Virus record (IMG/VR): IMGVR_UViG_3300043410_001256
Span: 30,880 to 94,879 of that record
Source of the DNA: a virus
DNA length: 64,000 nt
Reading direction: 5' to 3' (one strand)
Below the pieces are notes generated by a model, which had not been told where the DNA came from, searched no databases, and worked only from the letters and a program-made list of their open reading frames with translations. Within the stretch, counting starts at the first letter, position 1, and the number at the start of each line of letters is the position of its first letter. The translations under genes and the position numbers were made by a program. Positions 49,416 to 60,182 of the stretch are shown here, one piece after another.

Positions 49416-51992
49416 ATGGCATATAACATAGTAAAATCAGATAACACACCGTTGGCTACAATCAACGATGGTCAAACCAATACCACAGCCACTAGTTTAA
49501 CCTTGGTTGGTAAAAACTTTGCTGGGTATGGTACATTCTTAAATGAGAATTTTGTTAAACTATTAGAACATTTTGCTAGTGCTAACGAACCTGCTCATAA
49601 GATCACTGGACAACTTTGGTACCAAACTTCTACAAAAGTGTTGCAGGTATACAATGGTAGTGCATGGAAATCAATCTCCGGCGCACAATCTGTAGCAGAC
49701 GAGCCCACATACAAAGTTGCAGGCGACTTGTGGTTTGACTCAGTTAACCAACAGTTGAAAGTTTGGTCAGGTGCGGGCTGGGTCGTTATTGGACCAAGCT
49801 TCACATCCACAACTGGTACATCTGGTGCTGTTGCTGATACTGTTATTGACTCCAGTCAGTTCAGTCACGTGGTTGTTAAATTCTTTGTACAGAACCAATT
49901 GGTTGCTGTTCTAAGCAAAGACGCCGCATTCCAACCAGCTACAACCATTCCTGGATTCCCAACAATCAAGCCTGGTTTGAATTTGGCACGTGGTACCAGC
50001 CCTGAACTGATATTCTATGAAAACGCCAACAACGCCAGCTATCTGGGTAGTTTGGCAGCTGATCAGTATTTGACAAAAGACAATGCGTTACTAACCAGTA
50101 AATTGGTTATTCGTAACAACGATGGTATTGAATTAGAAGAACCTTCTGGTACAGTTACCAACTTCCAATTGAACATTAACAACAACAACATTCAATTGCT
50201 AAGTTTGATTCGTGGTAACGGTTTTATTATCCGTACCAAACCAGACAACGCTGGTGGTGCATATCAAACAGTTTTAGCAGTTGACAAGATCACTGGCTTG
50301 ATTACAGTTCTAAACGATCCTACTCAATCAGCTGGTATTGCCACAAAGAACTATGTTGACAACCGCGACGACAACACACGTACAATGTTGTTGAACAACG
50401 TAACTGCTATTAACAGTAACGTCAGTACATTGAAGTCAAACACAGATGTTGTCTACGGTAACGTTCGTACACTACAAAACCACCTAGGATTTAGAAAAGG
50501 TGGAGCAAATAGTCCTGACGATCAGAAGTATACAGAATTGTTTATTACCAACAACGAAAGTCTGGTTGGTAACTTATACACACTATGGAGCAACGTAGCT
50601 ACTATTGTTTCCAACGTATTAACACGCACCGGTGATGGTGGCCCTGGTGGTACAGTTGGATCATCAATGTATGCTAACGTCAGATCAATTCAAGGCCGTG
50701 TGTCTAACTTGGAAAACGATGCTTTCCGACGTGATGGTACATTGACACTAACTGGTTCTATTATTCCATCATCAGAAGACGCTAGAGATGTTGGTAGCAC
50801 TGGTTTCCGTATGCGCGAAGTGTTTGCAACAAAAGCAAACATTGGTGCAATCACAAACTTGGCAAGTATTAACTTAACAGGTGCTCGCGGCGCAACAGAC
50901 AGTTTCACTATTCGTGCTAACCCAGTTACACTCAGCGGTAACCTAGTGTTTGACGATTTGGACGGTGGCACAGCAAGCAATCCTCAGTTGGGTGTGCTAG
51001 GTGATGTTCGTATCACCGGTAGACTACAAACAGTTGGACATATTACTATTCCAAACGAAGCAGGATTTAATGAACAATATAACATTGGATCGTCTAATAC
51101 TTTCCGTTATAACAACATCTATGTTAAAACAGTTAACGCAGACGCAATCACACTAACAGGTACAGGTGGTTTGAGTTCTAGTGCAGATGCTAGTTTTGGT
51201 TCATTAACAATTAATAACCTATTCCCGTCAGCTGACATCACATACGATCTAGGTAAAGGTTCTCCAGCTGGTACTGAGAAACGCTGGTTGAATGTGTATG
51301 CAAGAAACTTTATCAGTGATACTGGTGTAACTTTAACCGCAACTGGTGCTAACAAAGGTATTCGTTGGTATTCAAGCGGCACCAGCGGCGAAGCAGACAT
51401 TGGCACAAGCTCAATGAGATTTGGTGTTGCCTATGTAGGTGGATACAGCAGTCCTCATTTGGTTATGGACAGCAGTGGTATTAAATATCAAACAGTTGGT
51501 GCAAGTCCTCCAAACGATGGCACACAAGATATTGGTACAAGCAGTAGAAAATTTGGTACCGCTTATATCAACAACGTGATTGGTACAGCATCATCAGCAA
51601 AATACGCTGACTTGGCAGAACGCTTTGCAGCCGATGCGGCTTATCCTCCAGGCACATTGTTGAAGATTGGTGGCGAGCATGAAGTTACTCTTGAAGACGC
51701 AATTTGCAGTGCTGAAGTACTAGGTGTGGTAAGTACTCAACCAGCTTATCTAATGAACAGAGAAGCAGGCGATGACAGTACTCATCCTGCTATTGCATTG
51801 TCTGGACGAGTACCGGTTAGAGTTGTTGGCCCAATTAGAAAAGGTCAACGCCTGGTTAGTGCAGGCAATGGATGTGCTAAAGCGGCAAATCCAATGGAAG
51901 CATCTTGGGAAACTGTGATTGGTAGAGCTTTGGAAACAAATGAGTATTCCGAAGAAAAACTAGTCATGTCAATTATTAAGGTAAGTTTATAA
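49416..51992 (+). CDS. Tail fibre/spike protein 2 with C-terminal intramolecular chaperone-like domain
   Basis: N-terminus paralogous to fibre 1; five D(I/L/V)G(S/T)...R(W/F/Y) shaft repeats; C-terminal YADLAERF...GVVSTQPAYLMN...IALSGRVPVRVVGPIRKGQRL (peptidase G2/IMC-like). Confidence 0.85.
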   Translation: MAYNIVKSDNTPLATINDGQTNTTATSLTLVGKNFAGYGTFLNENFVKLLEHFASANEPAHKITGQLWYQTSTKVLQVYNGSAWKSISGAQSVADEPTYKVAGDLWFDSVNQQLKVWSGAGWVVIGPSFTSTTGTSGAVADTVIDSSQFSHVVVKFFVQNQLVAVLSKDAAFQPATTIPGFPTIKPGLNLARGTSPELIFYENANNASYLGSLAADQYLTKDNALLTSKLVIRNNDGIELEEPSGTVTNFQLNINNNNIQLLSLIRGNGFIIRTKPDNAGGAYQTVLAVDKITGLITVLNDPTQSAGIATKNYVDNRDDNTRTMLLNNVTAINSNVSTLKSNTDVVYGNVRTLQNHLGFRKGGANSPDDQKYTELFITNNESLVGNLYTLWSNVATIVSNVLTRTGDGGPGGTVGSSMYANVRSIQGRVSNLENDAFRRDGTLTLTGSIIPSSEDARDVGSTGFRMREVFATKANIGAITNLASINLTGARGATDSFTIRANPVTLSGNLVFDDLDGGTASNPQLGVLGDVRITGRLQTVGHITIPNEAGFNEQYNIGSSNTFRYNNIYVKTVNADAITLTGTGGLSSSADASFGSLTINNLFPSADITYDLGKGSPAGTEKRWLNVYARNFISDTGVTLTATGANKGIRWYSSGTSGEADIGTSSMRFGVAYVGGYSSPHLVMDSSGIKYQTVGASPPNDGTQDIGTSSRKFGTAYINNVIGTASSAKYADLAERFAADAAYPPGTLLKIGGEHEVTLEDAICSAEVLGVVSTQPAYLMNREAGDDSTHPAIALSGRVPVRVVGPIRKGQRLVSAGNGCAKAANPMEASWETVIGRALETNEYSEEKLVMSIIKVSL

Positions 51993-51993
51993 A

Positions 51994-53052
51994 ATGGCAT
52001 ACAGCACCGGCGGCCTCATTGAAGCGCAACACTACAACCAATTGGTTTGGGGTAGTACCACTGGTGGTACATTGGTTACCACCAATAACAACCTAAACTA
52101 TGTATGGGGTCCTGGCTACGGTAACCGCGGGCTTAACCAAGACATGTCTAGCATTGTTGGATTGCCAAATGCCCACCTACTGGTTAACCCAATCAGCGGA
52201 ACAGATGCAGTTACTGGTACAAACTACAACGACGGAGTAGGAACGCTAACACAAGTTGACTCTACGCTTAATGTTAAGAGTCAACAGTGGATTGGTTTGA
52301 TGTCGGCTATCAACAGAGGATTGTATCATCAGAATCAATCAAATGTTGCACTGAGTCCTGCACCTGCATACGGTGGAACAATCAAGGTTATCAGCGGACT
52401 TCAAACTGCTGTTAATAACATTGCTGGTCAAACTGGTACTGCTAGAAACTCAGTGGTTAGAGCAGTTGCTGGTGGTAGTAAGACTTTTAGCTGGATCAGA
52501 GCAACCAGCGCAACCAATGCATCAACTAGTTTCACACGAAGCGTAAGTTGGTCCAATGGTAACAATGCACGTTGGTTTTTTAATGCAGGTGGCAAAATCA
52601 GAATCACAGCATCTGCATCCACTGCAAGTGGCGATAGAAGTGCCGCTATTGTTACAGTAATCAATGACCTCGGTGCTTGCGATTTTGGCTTTAACACCAA
52701 CAGTGGATTTGTTGGTGCTGATCCTGGGACCACAAACACAAACAAGGGTTATTGGAACATAGGCACCAGTTATGTACAGCTAGGAAAAAATCAATCAGTG
52801 TCAGGCTCAACATATCCAGGCACTTATGTAGCTATTTCGGCCAGACTAACAGGTGACACCAGCGATGGCGCAGTTGGATCATTATTAGAAGTTAAAATGG
52901 ACCTGTTTAGTGACTACGGCGGCACAGGTGCAGACCCTCGTTGGGGAACAGATAATATCAACGTGTCAGTTGGATTCAACATAGATGTATTTGATCCTTC
53001 CTATACTGGCGGCATGTTAACACGCAATTGGGCTGATCCAGATTTATTGTAA
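51994..53052 (+). CDS. Virion structural protein (fibre-associated)
   Basis: 352 aa G/S/T/N-rich beta protein; GYGNRG, ARWFFNAGGKIRI; follows fibres. Confidence 0.65.
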   Translation: MAYSTGGLIEAQHYNQLVWGSTTGGTLVTTNNNLNYVWGPGYGNRGLNQDMSSIVGLPNAHLLVNPISGTDAVTGTNYNDGVGTLTQVDSTLNVKSQQWIGLMSAINRGLYHQNQSNVALSPAPAYGGTIKVISGLQTAVNNIAGQTGTARNSVVRAVAGGSKTFSWIRATSATNASTSFTRSVSWSNGNNARWFFNAGGKIRITASASTASGDRSAAIVTVINDLGACDFGFNTNSGFVGADPGTTNTNKGYWNIGTSYVQLGKNQSVSGSTYPGTYVAISARLTGDTSDGAVGSLLEVKMDLFSDYGGTGADPRWGTDNINVSVGFNIDVFDPSYTGGMLTRNWADPDLL

Positions 53053-53069
53053 TATCGCAGTGATTTCCT

Positions 53070-53077
53070 GCTAAGTA
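53070..53077 (+). promoter_or_regulatory. Variant late promoter GCTAAGTA heading the GT/radical SAM operon
   Basis: One mismatch to TAAATA; same 5-nt spacing to ATG as 46074; no SD. Confidence 0.5.
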
Positions 53078-53082
53078 TTTGC

Positions 53083-53394
53083 ATGGAAATTCATAGTCTA
53101 GTTGCAGAAATACGTCAGTCCACTGACATTCAAAGAAACAAGTTAAAACTAAGAGAACAAATCATGGGTGACCTCATGGTTACTCATAATGACGGCCTTT
53201 TCAAAGTCACTCCAGAATTAATTGCTTTCTTATCAGCCTGGGACAGCGATGAACTGTATCTTGAAGATCATTACGGCAATCCTGTTGAAGTAGACAGAGC
53301 TGTGTTACTAGACAGTTGCAAACGTCGATATCAAAAAGTCATGAATCAATGGCATAATCAATATGAACAACTACGCCAAGTTAGAAAAATCTAG
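53083..53394 (+). CDS. Hypothetical protein, possibly fibre assembly chaperone
   Basis: 103 aa, follows fibre genes; weak resemblance to DUF4376-type proteins. Confidence 0.5.
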   Translation: MEIHSLVAEIRQSTDIQRNKLKLREQIMGDLMVTHNDGLFKVTPELIAFLSAWDSDELYLEDHYGNPVEVDRAVLLDSCKRRYQKVMNQWHNQYEQLRQVRKI

Positions 53395-54133
53395 AGGAGT
53401 ATTGGTTTTTGCTAACAACACAGACACCATTGATTACATAGGTATTGCTAACAAAACAATACAATTAGCAAAGCATCATTTGGGTATTGAAACACTAGTT
53501 GTTACACAAGATTACCAAACCACATACACCAATGCCAGAACTGACATAGACACAGAAAAGTCTGTGCAATGGAATAACTTTGGCCGACATCGTGCATGGG
53601 AAGTCACTCCCTGGGATGAAACGCTGGTGATTGATGCCGACTATTTGGTTACAACACCTCGGCTGCTAACACTATTTGACTCACCGAGCGACTTGGTGCT
53701 GTGCCATCAAAACAACTACCTCTACGAAGATCCAGATCCAAAGTGTTATCTTCCCCCTGTGTGGGCCACAGTGTTCTTTTTTAGGCGCACTGAGCGCAAC
53801 AAACTATTCTTTGATCTAGTTGGCAAAATTGAACGCAACTGGATTTACTACAGAATTTTGTTTGGACTACCATATCGCAACTTTCGTAATGATCTTGCAT
53901 TTGCCATGGCTGAAAGAATCATGCATGGATACCAACTGCCACAGCACACACAGATGCCCTGGGCAATAACCACAATAGAAAAACCCTTGTTGGATATCAA
54001 TATCAACACAGACTGGATGGTGGTGCGAACCAAAGAACGTGCTGACGTATTACCAAGACAAGACCTGCATGTGATGAGCAAGCAGTGGCTACAAAGCGAA
54101 AAGCTAGACCATTTTATTGAGCAGGCATTATGA
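53363..54133 (+). CDS. Glycosyltransferase, GT-A fold (GT8-like)
   Basis: RGVLVFA...DYIGIA, TPWDETLVIDADYL (DxD), RNDLAF, HVMSK. Confidence 0.75.
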   Translation: MNNYAKLEKSRGVLVFANNTDTIDYIGIANKTIQLAKHHLGIETLVVTQDYQTTYTNARTDIDTEKSVQWNNFGRHRAWEVTPWDETLVIDADYLVTTPRLLTLFDSPSDLVLCHQNNYLYEDPDPKCYLPPVWATVFFFRRTERNKLFFDLVGKIERNWIYYRILFGLPYRNFRNDLAFAMAERIMHGYQLPQHTQMPWAITTIEKPLLDININTDWMVVRTKERADVLPRQDLHVMSKQWLQSEKLDHFIEQAL

Positions 54134-54963
54134 CAGTTGGCGTAATATCCATGGCACAGAACAACAGCACAACCAATTATTTGAGGTTGGCATATCTACA
54201 GCGGTTAAGTCTAAAACTGGTTTCACCTGACATTCCTTATGCTGTGGTAACAGACCAAGCAAGTCTTGACAGCATACCGCAGGAACATGCACAGATGTTT
54301 GATCATGTGATACTGTTAACCACAGACTGGGCACAGGATCAAGAATGGAAACAAAGAAACGATTGGCAACTGGCAGCACTAACACCATTCAATGAAACTA
54401 TAAAAGTAGAAACTGATCTATTGTTCACACGTGCAATTGATCACTGGTTTACAATGTTAAGACACAGAGATGTTGTACTAAGTCTAGGATGTAGAAATTA
54501 CCTAGGTGACCCAGCCGCCAGTAGAAAATATAGACAAGTGTTTGACAGCAACAATTTACCAGACACATACTCTGGATTAATGTACTGGCGCAACACAGTA
54601 ACCGCAAACAACTTCTTTCAATTGTGCAAAAGAATTTATAAATTTTGGGATCTAGTAAAGCAGGATCTTGCTTACTGCGATGATCCTGGCAGTAACGATT
54701 TAGTTTTTTCTATAGCCGCAAGATGCATTGGAGAAGAGTTAGTCACACTACCGGCAGCAGACTTTTTCAACATCACGCACATGAAGCCTGCTATAAATGG
54801 AAAAGTAGAACGCAAGAACTGGTTGAACGAACTGCACATAGAATTAGATCCACCTTATATTAGAGTAAACGGACAAGACCAAACTTACCCATTTCATTAT
54901 CAAAATAAAAATTGGGTCACAGACGAAATGATTAGAAAATATGAACACGCCATCAGAACTTGA
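54130..54963 (+). CDS. Glycosyltransferase-like, GT-A fold (GT8-like paralog)
   Basis: TPFNETIKVETDLLF (ExD), YSGLMYW, NDLVF, FHYQNK. Confidence 0.7.
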   Translation: MTVGVISMAQNNSTTNYLRLAYLQRLSLKLVSPDIPYAVVTDQASLDSIPQEHAQMFDHVILLTTDWAQDQEWKQRNDWQLAALTPFNETIKVETDLLFTRAIDHWFTMLRHRDVVLSLGCRNYLGDPAASRKYRQVFDSNNLPDTYSGLMYWRNTVTANNFFQLCKRIYKFWDLVKQDLAYCDDPGSNDLVFSIAARCIGEELVTLPAADFFNITHMKPAINGKVERKNWLNELHIELDPPYIRVNGQDQTYPFHYQNKNWVTDEMIRKYEHAIRT

Positions 54964-55324
54964 AATTGCCATTGCTGAGTTTTTTCAAATACAGGAAAAT
55001 CTCAAGCAACACCCTGTGGCCAATCAATATAGATGTTACTATCGAAAAGATGGATCTATAATGGATATAGTAATAGGTCCACCTTGGCCAGAACTAGATT
55101 TTGACTACATAGACATAACCAAATCACAAGCAGACCAGTGTACCAATACCACTACTGTTGTGAACAAAGAATTGGTTTTTGTTGACTTCTCGGAAGGATA
55201 TGTAGTAAAATTGCTTGAGGATTCAGATGGCGAACATACTGCCGTTACCAATCACATGGCCATTATTGTAGAACCCAACGAAGCATATAACGATGTCACA
55301 AGATACACAAAAAAATATACTTGA
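54941..55324 (+). CDS. Hypothetical protein
   Basis: 127 aa ORF overlapping both neighbours. Confidence 0.7.
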   Translation: MNTPSELEIAIAEFFQIQENLKQHPVANQYRCYYRKDGSIMDIVIGPPWPELDFDYIDITKSQADQCTNTTTVVNKELVFVDFSEGYVVKLLEDSDGEHTAVTNHMAIIVEPNEAYNDVTRYTKKYT

Positions 55325-56207
55325 TATTGCAGATCTTGATGTGATCTTCTTAACCTATGACGAGCCTAAAAAAGATGAGTTTTGGATTAAAGTTAAAAAC
55401 ATGGTACCGTGGGCCAAACGTGTGGATGGCGTCAAGGGCTCGGATGCGGCGCATAAAGCGGCAGCAGATGCAAGTGATACCGACCGTTTCATCTTGGTGG
55501 ATGGTGACAATATACCGGATCCAGGATTTTTTAATCTACAGCTGGCGCTGGATGATACTAATCGCGACTGTGTTTTTCGTTGGCGGGCTCGTAATCATAT
55601 CAATGGATTGATGTATGGCAATGGCGGTCTTAGTTGCTGGACCAAGAAGTTTGTACAAGAAATGCGTACACACGAAAACACAGATGGACGCAATGAGACC
55701 TTGGTAGAGTTTTGTTTTGCTCCTAACTACTGGAGCATGTATGATTGCTATTCTGTAACATATCCTAATCAAACACCATTCCAGGCCTGGAGAGCAGGAT
55801 TCCGTGAAGGAGTTAAGATGTGTTTGGATCGTGGCGCACGACCAAGTCTGAGCGAATTCAAACAAAGGGTACACAACAGGAATCTAGACAATCTCAGCAT
55901 CTGGCAAAATGTAGGAATGGATGTTGACAATGGAGCATGGGCCATTGCTGGCGCTAAACAAGGCACATGGAAAACCATGCTTGCAGATTGGGATTATACT
56001 CTGGTGCAAGACTTTGCTGAACTAGAACATCTATGGAACACAGAAGTAAAAACACGTGACCCGTTGGAAATGATTGACCATATGGGACAGGATCTGCACT
56101 ATCAACTGGATCTACCAATGGCATGTATGACAGTTGCACAGAGCAAGTTTTTCAAACATCATTATCGCAGTAATTTTGTAAACAAAGGAATAATGGTTCG
56201 TGACTAG
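55293..56207 (+). CDS. Glycosyltransferase, GT-A fold (GT2-like)
   Basis: DVIFLTYDE, AHKAAA, FILVDGDN (DxD), YGNGG, AWRAGFREGVK. Confidence 0.75.
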   Translation: MSQDTQKNILDIADLDVIFLTYDEPKKDEFWIKVKNMVPWAKRVDGVKGSDAAHKAAADASDTDRFILVDGDNIPDPGFFNLQLALDDTNRDCVFRWRARNHINGLMYGNGGLSCWTKKFVQEMRTHENTDGRNETLVEFCFAPNYWSMYDCYSVTYPNQTPFQAWRAGFREGVKMCLDRGARPSLSEFKQRVHNRNLDNLSIWQNVGMDVDNGAWAIAGAKQGTWKTMLADWDYTLVQDFAELEHLWNTEVKTRDPLEMIDHMGQDLHYQLDLPMACMTVAQSKFFKHHYRSNFVNKGIMVRD

Positions 56208-57570
56208 TGATTTCAAAGCCGCCGCAGAGGAAATGCAGGCCCGACTAGGCCCTGCACTCTGCCTGGCTAAATGGCAACAGGTTAGTTTACACCTGGGCAC
56301 TGGCATGACCAATAGTTGTTATCATCCACCACTGCACAAGATTCCCGTGGAGTTACTTGCAGACAATCCCAGTGCGCTACACAACACACCTCACAAGAAA
56401 CAACAGCGTGTGTTCATGTTAAAGAATGAACGTCCTAAAGAATGCTCCTACTGCTGGAGTGCAGAAAACAACCAACAACTCAGTGATAGACACTATCGCT
56501 CAGGCGAGCCATGGGCCGCTGAATATTATGACAAGATTGTAAATAGTACTGGAGAAGAAGATGTTGTCCCCTCTTATGTTGAAGTTAATTTTAGCAATGT
56601 TTGCAATCTTAAATGTAGTTATTGTAGTCCTCAGTTTTCCAGCCAGTGGGCGGCAGAGGTTAACGTACACGGTGCTTACCCTACTAGCAATCGCCATAAT
56701 GACCCTGAGTACTTTACAGGCACTAGACGCAATATTCGACACAGAGAAGACAACCCCTATGTTGACGCCTTCTGGGCCTGGTGGCCCGAACTCTACCCGC
56801 GTCTACAACATCTAAGACTCACTGGTGGTGAACCATTACTAGACTACAACACCTACAGAGTGTTTGAGTACGTGCTTGCACTACCCAAGCCAGATCTACA
56901 TCTAGACGTAACCAGCAACTTCAGCGTAGACTACAAGACCTTTGACAAATACATTGACTATGTTCAACGATTGTGCAAAACACAGATTGAACATTTCATG
57001 CAGTATGTTAGCCTTGACACAGGCGTGCCACATCAAGCTGAATATATTCGTTCTGGTCTTAACTGGCACACACTCACCAGAAACGTAGATCGTTATCTAA
57101 CTGACGTGCCAGAAAAAAACAGCCTTACCTTTATTGTAACAATAAACAACCTGAGCATTGTAGGGCTACAAGATCTATTGGACTACATACTGGAACTACG
57201 TTCCAAACACAGTCATACCTATCAGCGTGTGTGGTTTGATACACCATTGTTGCGTCAACCCGCCTGGCAGAGCATACAAACACTTACGCCTGCTTACCAA
57301 TTAAAAATGGAACAGGTAATTGACTTCATGCGCGAAAACGAATCCAATGACAGCTTTGTTGGCTTTAGAGATTATGAAATACAGCGCATGGAACGTAATC
57401 TTGTCTGGATGAAAGAACCACAAACACCTGAACGTCTAGCACGTGACCGTGCAGACTTTTATAGATTTTTCAATGAACATGATCGCAGACGTGAAACAGA
57501 TTTCTTAACAACGTTTCCTGAAATGCGTGAGTTCTGGAGCATGTGCAAATACTATGCCGAAACAGAATAA
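56200..57570 (+). CDS. Radical SAM enzyme 1 with N-terminal twitch-like domain
   Basis: CLAKW...SCYHP...ECSYCW; core CNLKCSYC; TGGEP; EYIRSG. Confidence 0.92.
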   Translation: MTSDFKAAAEEMQARLGPALCLAKWQQVSLHLGTGMTNSCYHPPLHKIPVELLADNPSALHNTPHKKQQRVFMLKNERPKECSYCWSAENNQQLSDRHYRSGEPWAAEYYDKIVNSTGEEDVVPSYVEVNFSNVCNLKCSYCSPQFSSQWAAEVNVHGAYPTSNRHNDPEYFTGTRRNIRHREDNPYVDAFWAWWPELYPRLQHLRLTGGEPLLDYNTYRVFEYVLALPKPDLHLDVTSNFSVDYKTFDKYIDYVQRLCKTQIEHFMQYVSLDTGVPHQAEYIRSGLNWHTLTRNVDRYLTDVPEKNSLTFIVTINNLSIVGLQDLLDYILELRSKHSHTYQRVWFDTPLLRQPAWQSIQTLTPAYQLKMEQVIDFMRENESNDSFVGFRDYEIQRMERNLVWMKEPQTPERLARDRADFYRFFNEHDRRRETDFLTTFPEMREFWSMCKYYAETE

Positions 57571-58891
57571 CGAAACAGACTTAGAATACAAACGCAGAGT
57601 GATTGACATCAAGAGTGAATCATTCTGTGGTGCCAAGTGGTACAATGCTACCATCTGGCTAGGCAGTGGACAGACAACCAGTTGTCACCATCCATTGCCA
57701 CATGCAATTGATCCGGAAGAGATCAAAACAAATCCCAGTGCTATTCACAACACGCCCAGAAAGAAATTTGAGCGTGAGCAAATGCAACGGGGCGAACGAC
57801 CAGCAGGCTGTGACTACTGCTGGAAGATTGAAGACATGGACAAGGATGCAATATCCGACCGTGTGTACAAAACAGTAATACACTCAGATGAGGATTTAGA
57901 AAATGCTTACACAAAACCAGCCACAGACAATGTCAACCTTCGCACGTTGGAAATTGCTTTTGACAGAACTTGTCAGTTTGCTTGCAGTTATTGTAACCCT
58001 GCTTTTAGTAGTACTTGGGTTAATGACATACGTAAAAACGGACCCTACACTAACTTGGTATCAGACGGGCGCAATCATTACACTCACCCTCATGATCATA
58101 GTCAACTTTATAAATTCGGTGAGACTAATCCGTATGTGGAGGCTTTTTTCCAGTGGTGGGAATCAGACCTCCACAAGAGTCTTAAAGAACTCCGAATCAC
58201 TGGAGGAGAACCACTCATGTCAGGACACACCTGGCAACTCATTGACTGGTTCAAACAAAACCAAGGACAAAGCCAAACACGGCTAGCCATTAACACAAAC
58301 CTTGGCAAGGAAGTGGACGTTGACCGTTTGTTAGCGTCAACACAGGGCATTGAGCTAGATATCTATACTAGTTGCGAATCAATTGGCCTACACGCAGAGT
58401 ACATACGTGATGGCCTAGATTGGAAAGCATGGCTAGACAATGTAGAAAAGATTGCACAAAGCGGCATACGTGGTCTCCATGTTATGTGTACCATCAACGC
58501 ATTGTGCTTGCCTGGATTACCTGTGTTCTTGTCTTACATGATGGCATTGAAGAAAACATATGGTAGAGACTTTCCTAGCATGAGTTTCAATATCTTGCGC
58601 TTTCCGAGTTTCCAGAGTGTGTATGTATTACCACTAGAAGACCGCAAGTGGTATGCAAAAAGCATTGCAGGATTCATAGTTGATTACAAAGGCGATAGCC
58701 TGCTACACGAGCATGAAATCAATCAGCTGACTCGCTTGCATGACTATTTGCAAGAGCCAGTTGTGGGGCCTGACTTGGCAAGAATGCGTAACGATTTCAA
58801 ACAGTTTTACACACAATACGATCAACGCAGAGGAAAGAACTTTATAGATACTTTCCCTGAGTTTAAGGAATTCTATGAGCAAATACCCTAA
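57554..58891 (+). CDS. Radical SAM enzyme 2 with N-terminal twitch-like domain
   Basis: CGAKW...SCHHP...GCDYCW; CQFACSYC; TGGEP; ATG 57554 preferred over 57527. Confidence 0.92.
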   Translation: MPKQNNETDLEYKRRVIDIKSESFCGAKWYNATIWLGSGQTTSCHHPLPHAIDPEEIKTNPSAIHNTPRKKFEREQMQRGERPAGCDYCWKIEDMDKDAISDRVYKTVIHSDEDLENAYTKPATDNVNLRTLEIAFDRTCQFACSYCNPAFSSTWVNDIRKNGPYTNLVSDGRNHYTHPHDHSQLYKFGETNPYVEAFFQWWESDLHKSLKELRITGGEPLMSGHTWQLIDWFKQNQGQSQTRLAINTNLGKEVDVDRLLASTQGIELDIYTSCESIGLHAEYIRDGLDWKAWLDNVEKIAQSGIRGLHVMCTINALCLPGLPVFLSYMMALKKTYGRDFPSMSFNILRFPSFQSVYVLPLEDRKWYAKSIAGFIVDYKGDSLLHEHEINQLTRLHDYLQEPVVGPDLARMRNDFKQFYTQYDQRRGKNFIDTFPEFKEFYEQIP

Positions 58892-60182
58892 GGACTACAC
58901 ATACAACACACGAATTCCTATTCGTGGAGACTTTCACAACATGCCGGAACGGCATCAAGACCTGCTGACTACAGACAAACACTTTTGCATGATACCATGG
59001 TTGCACATGCACGCCTTTCCTGATGGTCGTGCGTATCCTTGCTGTATGGGCGAGTACAATATGCCTATTGGCAACCTAAAAGAACACACAATGAAGGAAG
59101 TCTGGAATAGCGAAGGCATGCGAAAGATGCGTGTAAACATGCTTAATGGCAAACCCAGCAGAGAGTGTGGTCGTTGCTATGAGCAGGAAAAAGCAGGCTT
59201 TGTTAGTATGCGTCACAGTAGCAGTCAAAACTTTGGACACAACATTGGCCTTGTAGATACTACAAATGAAGATGGTAGTTTGGATTGGTTTGAACTGCGC
59301 TACTATGATATACGTTTTTCTAATGTGTGCAATTTCCGTTGCCGCAGTTGTGGTAGCATTTTCAGCAGTAACTGGTACAACGATGAAGTAAAGTTGTTTG
59401 GACCAAAGCGCCAGCCAAGAATCATGTATGCTGGTCGCCATGAAGAAGACATGTGGGAACAGATGCAAGAGCATATTCCGCATCTAGAACAAATCTACTT
59501 TGCTGGTGGCGAACCCTTGATCATGGAAGAACACTATCGCTTGCTCAATGAGCTGGTCAAACGTGAAATGTTTCATGTGCGATTGATCTACAATTCAAAT
59601 TTTAGCAAACTGGCCTATAAAGACCAAGACGTACTTGAACTGTGGAAGAAGTTTAGATCAGTCAGCGTTGGTGCAAGTCTTGATGCCAGCGGCAGTCGTG
59701 CAGAGTACATTCGCAAAGGTACAGACTGGGAAGAAATTGTAGAAAACAGAAAACGCATGTTGGCCGTGTGTCCAAACGTGGACTTTTACATCAGTGCCAC
59801 AGTTAGTATTTTTAATGCATTTCACGTTGTAGACTTTCATCGCGAATGGATTGATTTAGGATTGATCAAACCACAGGATATCAACATCAACATTCTACAA
59901 AGCCCAGAGTGGTATCGTGTGGATGTGTTGCCCAAAGAAATCAAAGACCAGATACGACAAAAAGTCAAAGAGCATGTGGAGTGGCTAACACCACAGGACA
60001 AACTCACACGTGCTACCAGCGGATTCAATGGACTGATAAGTTTTATGGATGCCGAGGACCAGACTGAAAAATACATCAAAGAATTTTTCAAACGCACACA
60101 CGAGTTAGATAACCTGCGTGGAGAAAACTTTTACGATACATTCCCTGAGCTTGCAGGTTTGAGAAAATATGACATTACCTAA
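58875..60182 (+). CDS. Radical SAM enzyme 3 with N-terminal twitch domain
   Basis: CMIPW...YPCC...ECGRCY; CNFRCRSC; AGGEP. Confidence 0.92.
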   Translation: MSKYPKDYTYNTRIPIRGDFHNMPERHQDLLTTDKHFCMIPWLHMHAFPDGRAYPCCMGEYNMPIGNLKEHTMKEVWNSEGMRKMRVNMLNGKPSRECGRCYEQEKAGFVSMRHSSSQNFGHNIGLVDTTNEDGSLDWFELRYYDIRFSNVCNFRCRSCGSIFSSNWYNDEVKLFGPKRQPRIMYAGRHEEDMWEQMQEHIPHLEQIYFAGGEPLIMEEHYRLLNELVKREMFHVRLIYNSNFSKLAYKDQDVLELWKKFRSVSVGASLDASGSRAEYIRKGTDWEEIVENRKRMLAVCPNVDFYISATVSIFNAFHVVDFHREWIDLGLIKPQDININILQSPEWYRVDVLPKEIKDQIRQKVKEHVEWLTPQDKLTRATSGFNGLISFMDAEDQTEKYIKEFFKRTHELDNLRGENFYDTFPELAGLRKYDIT

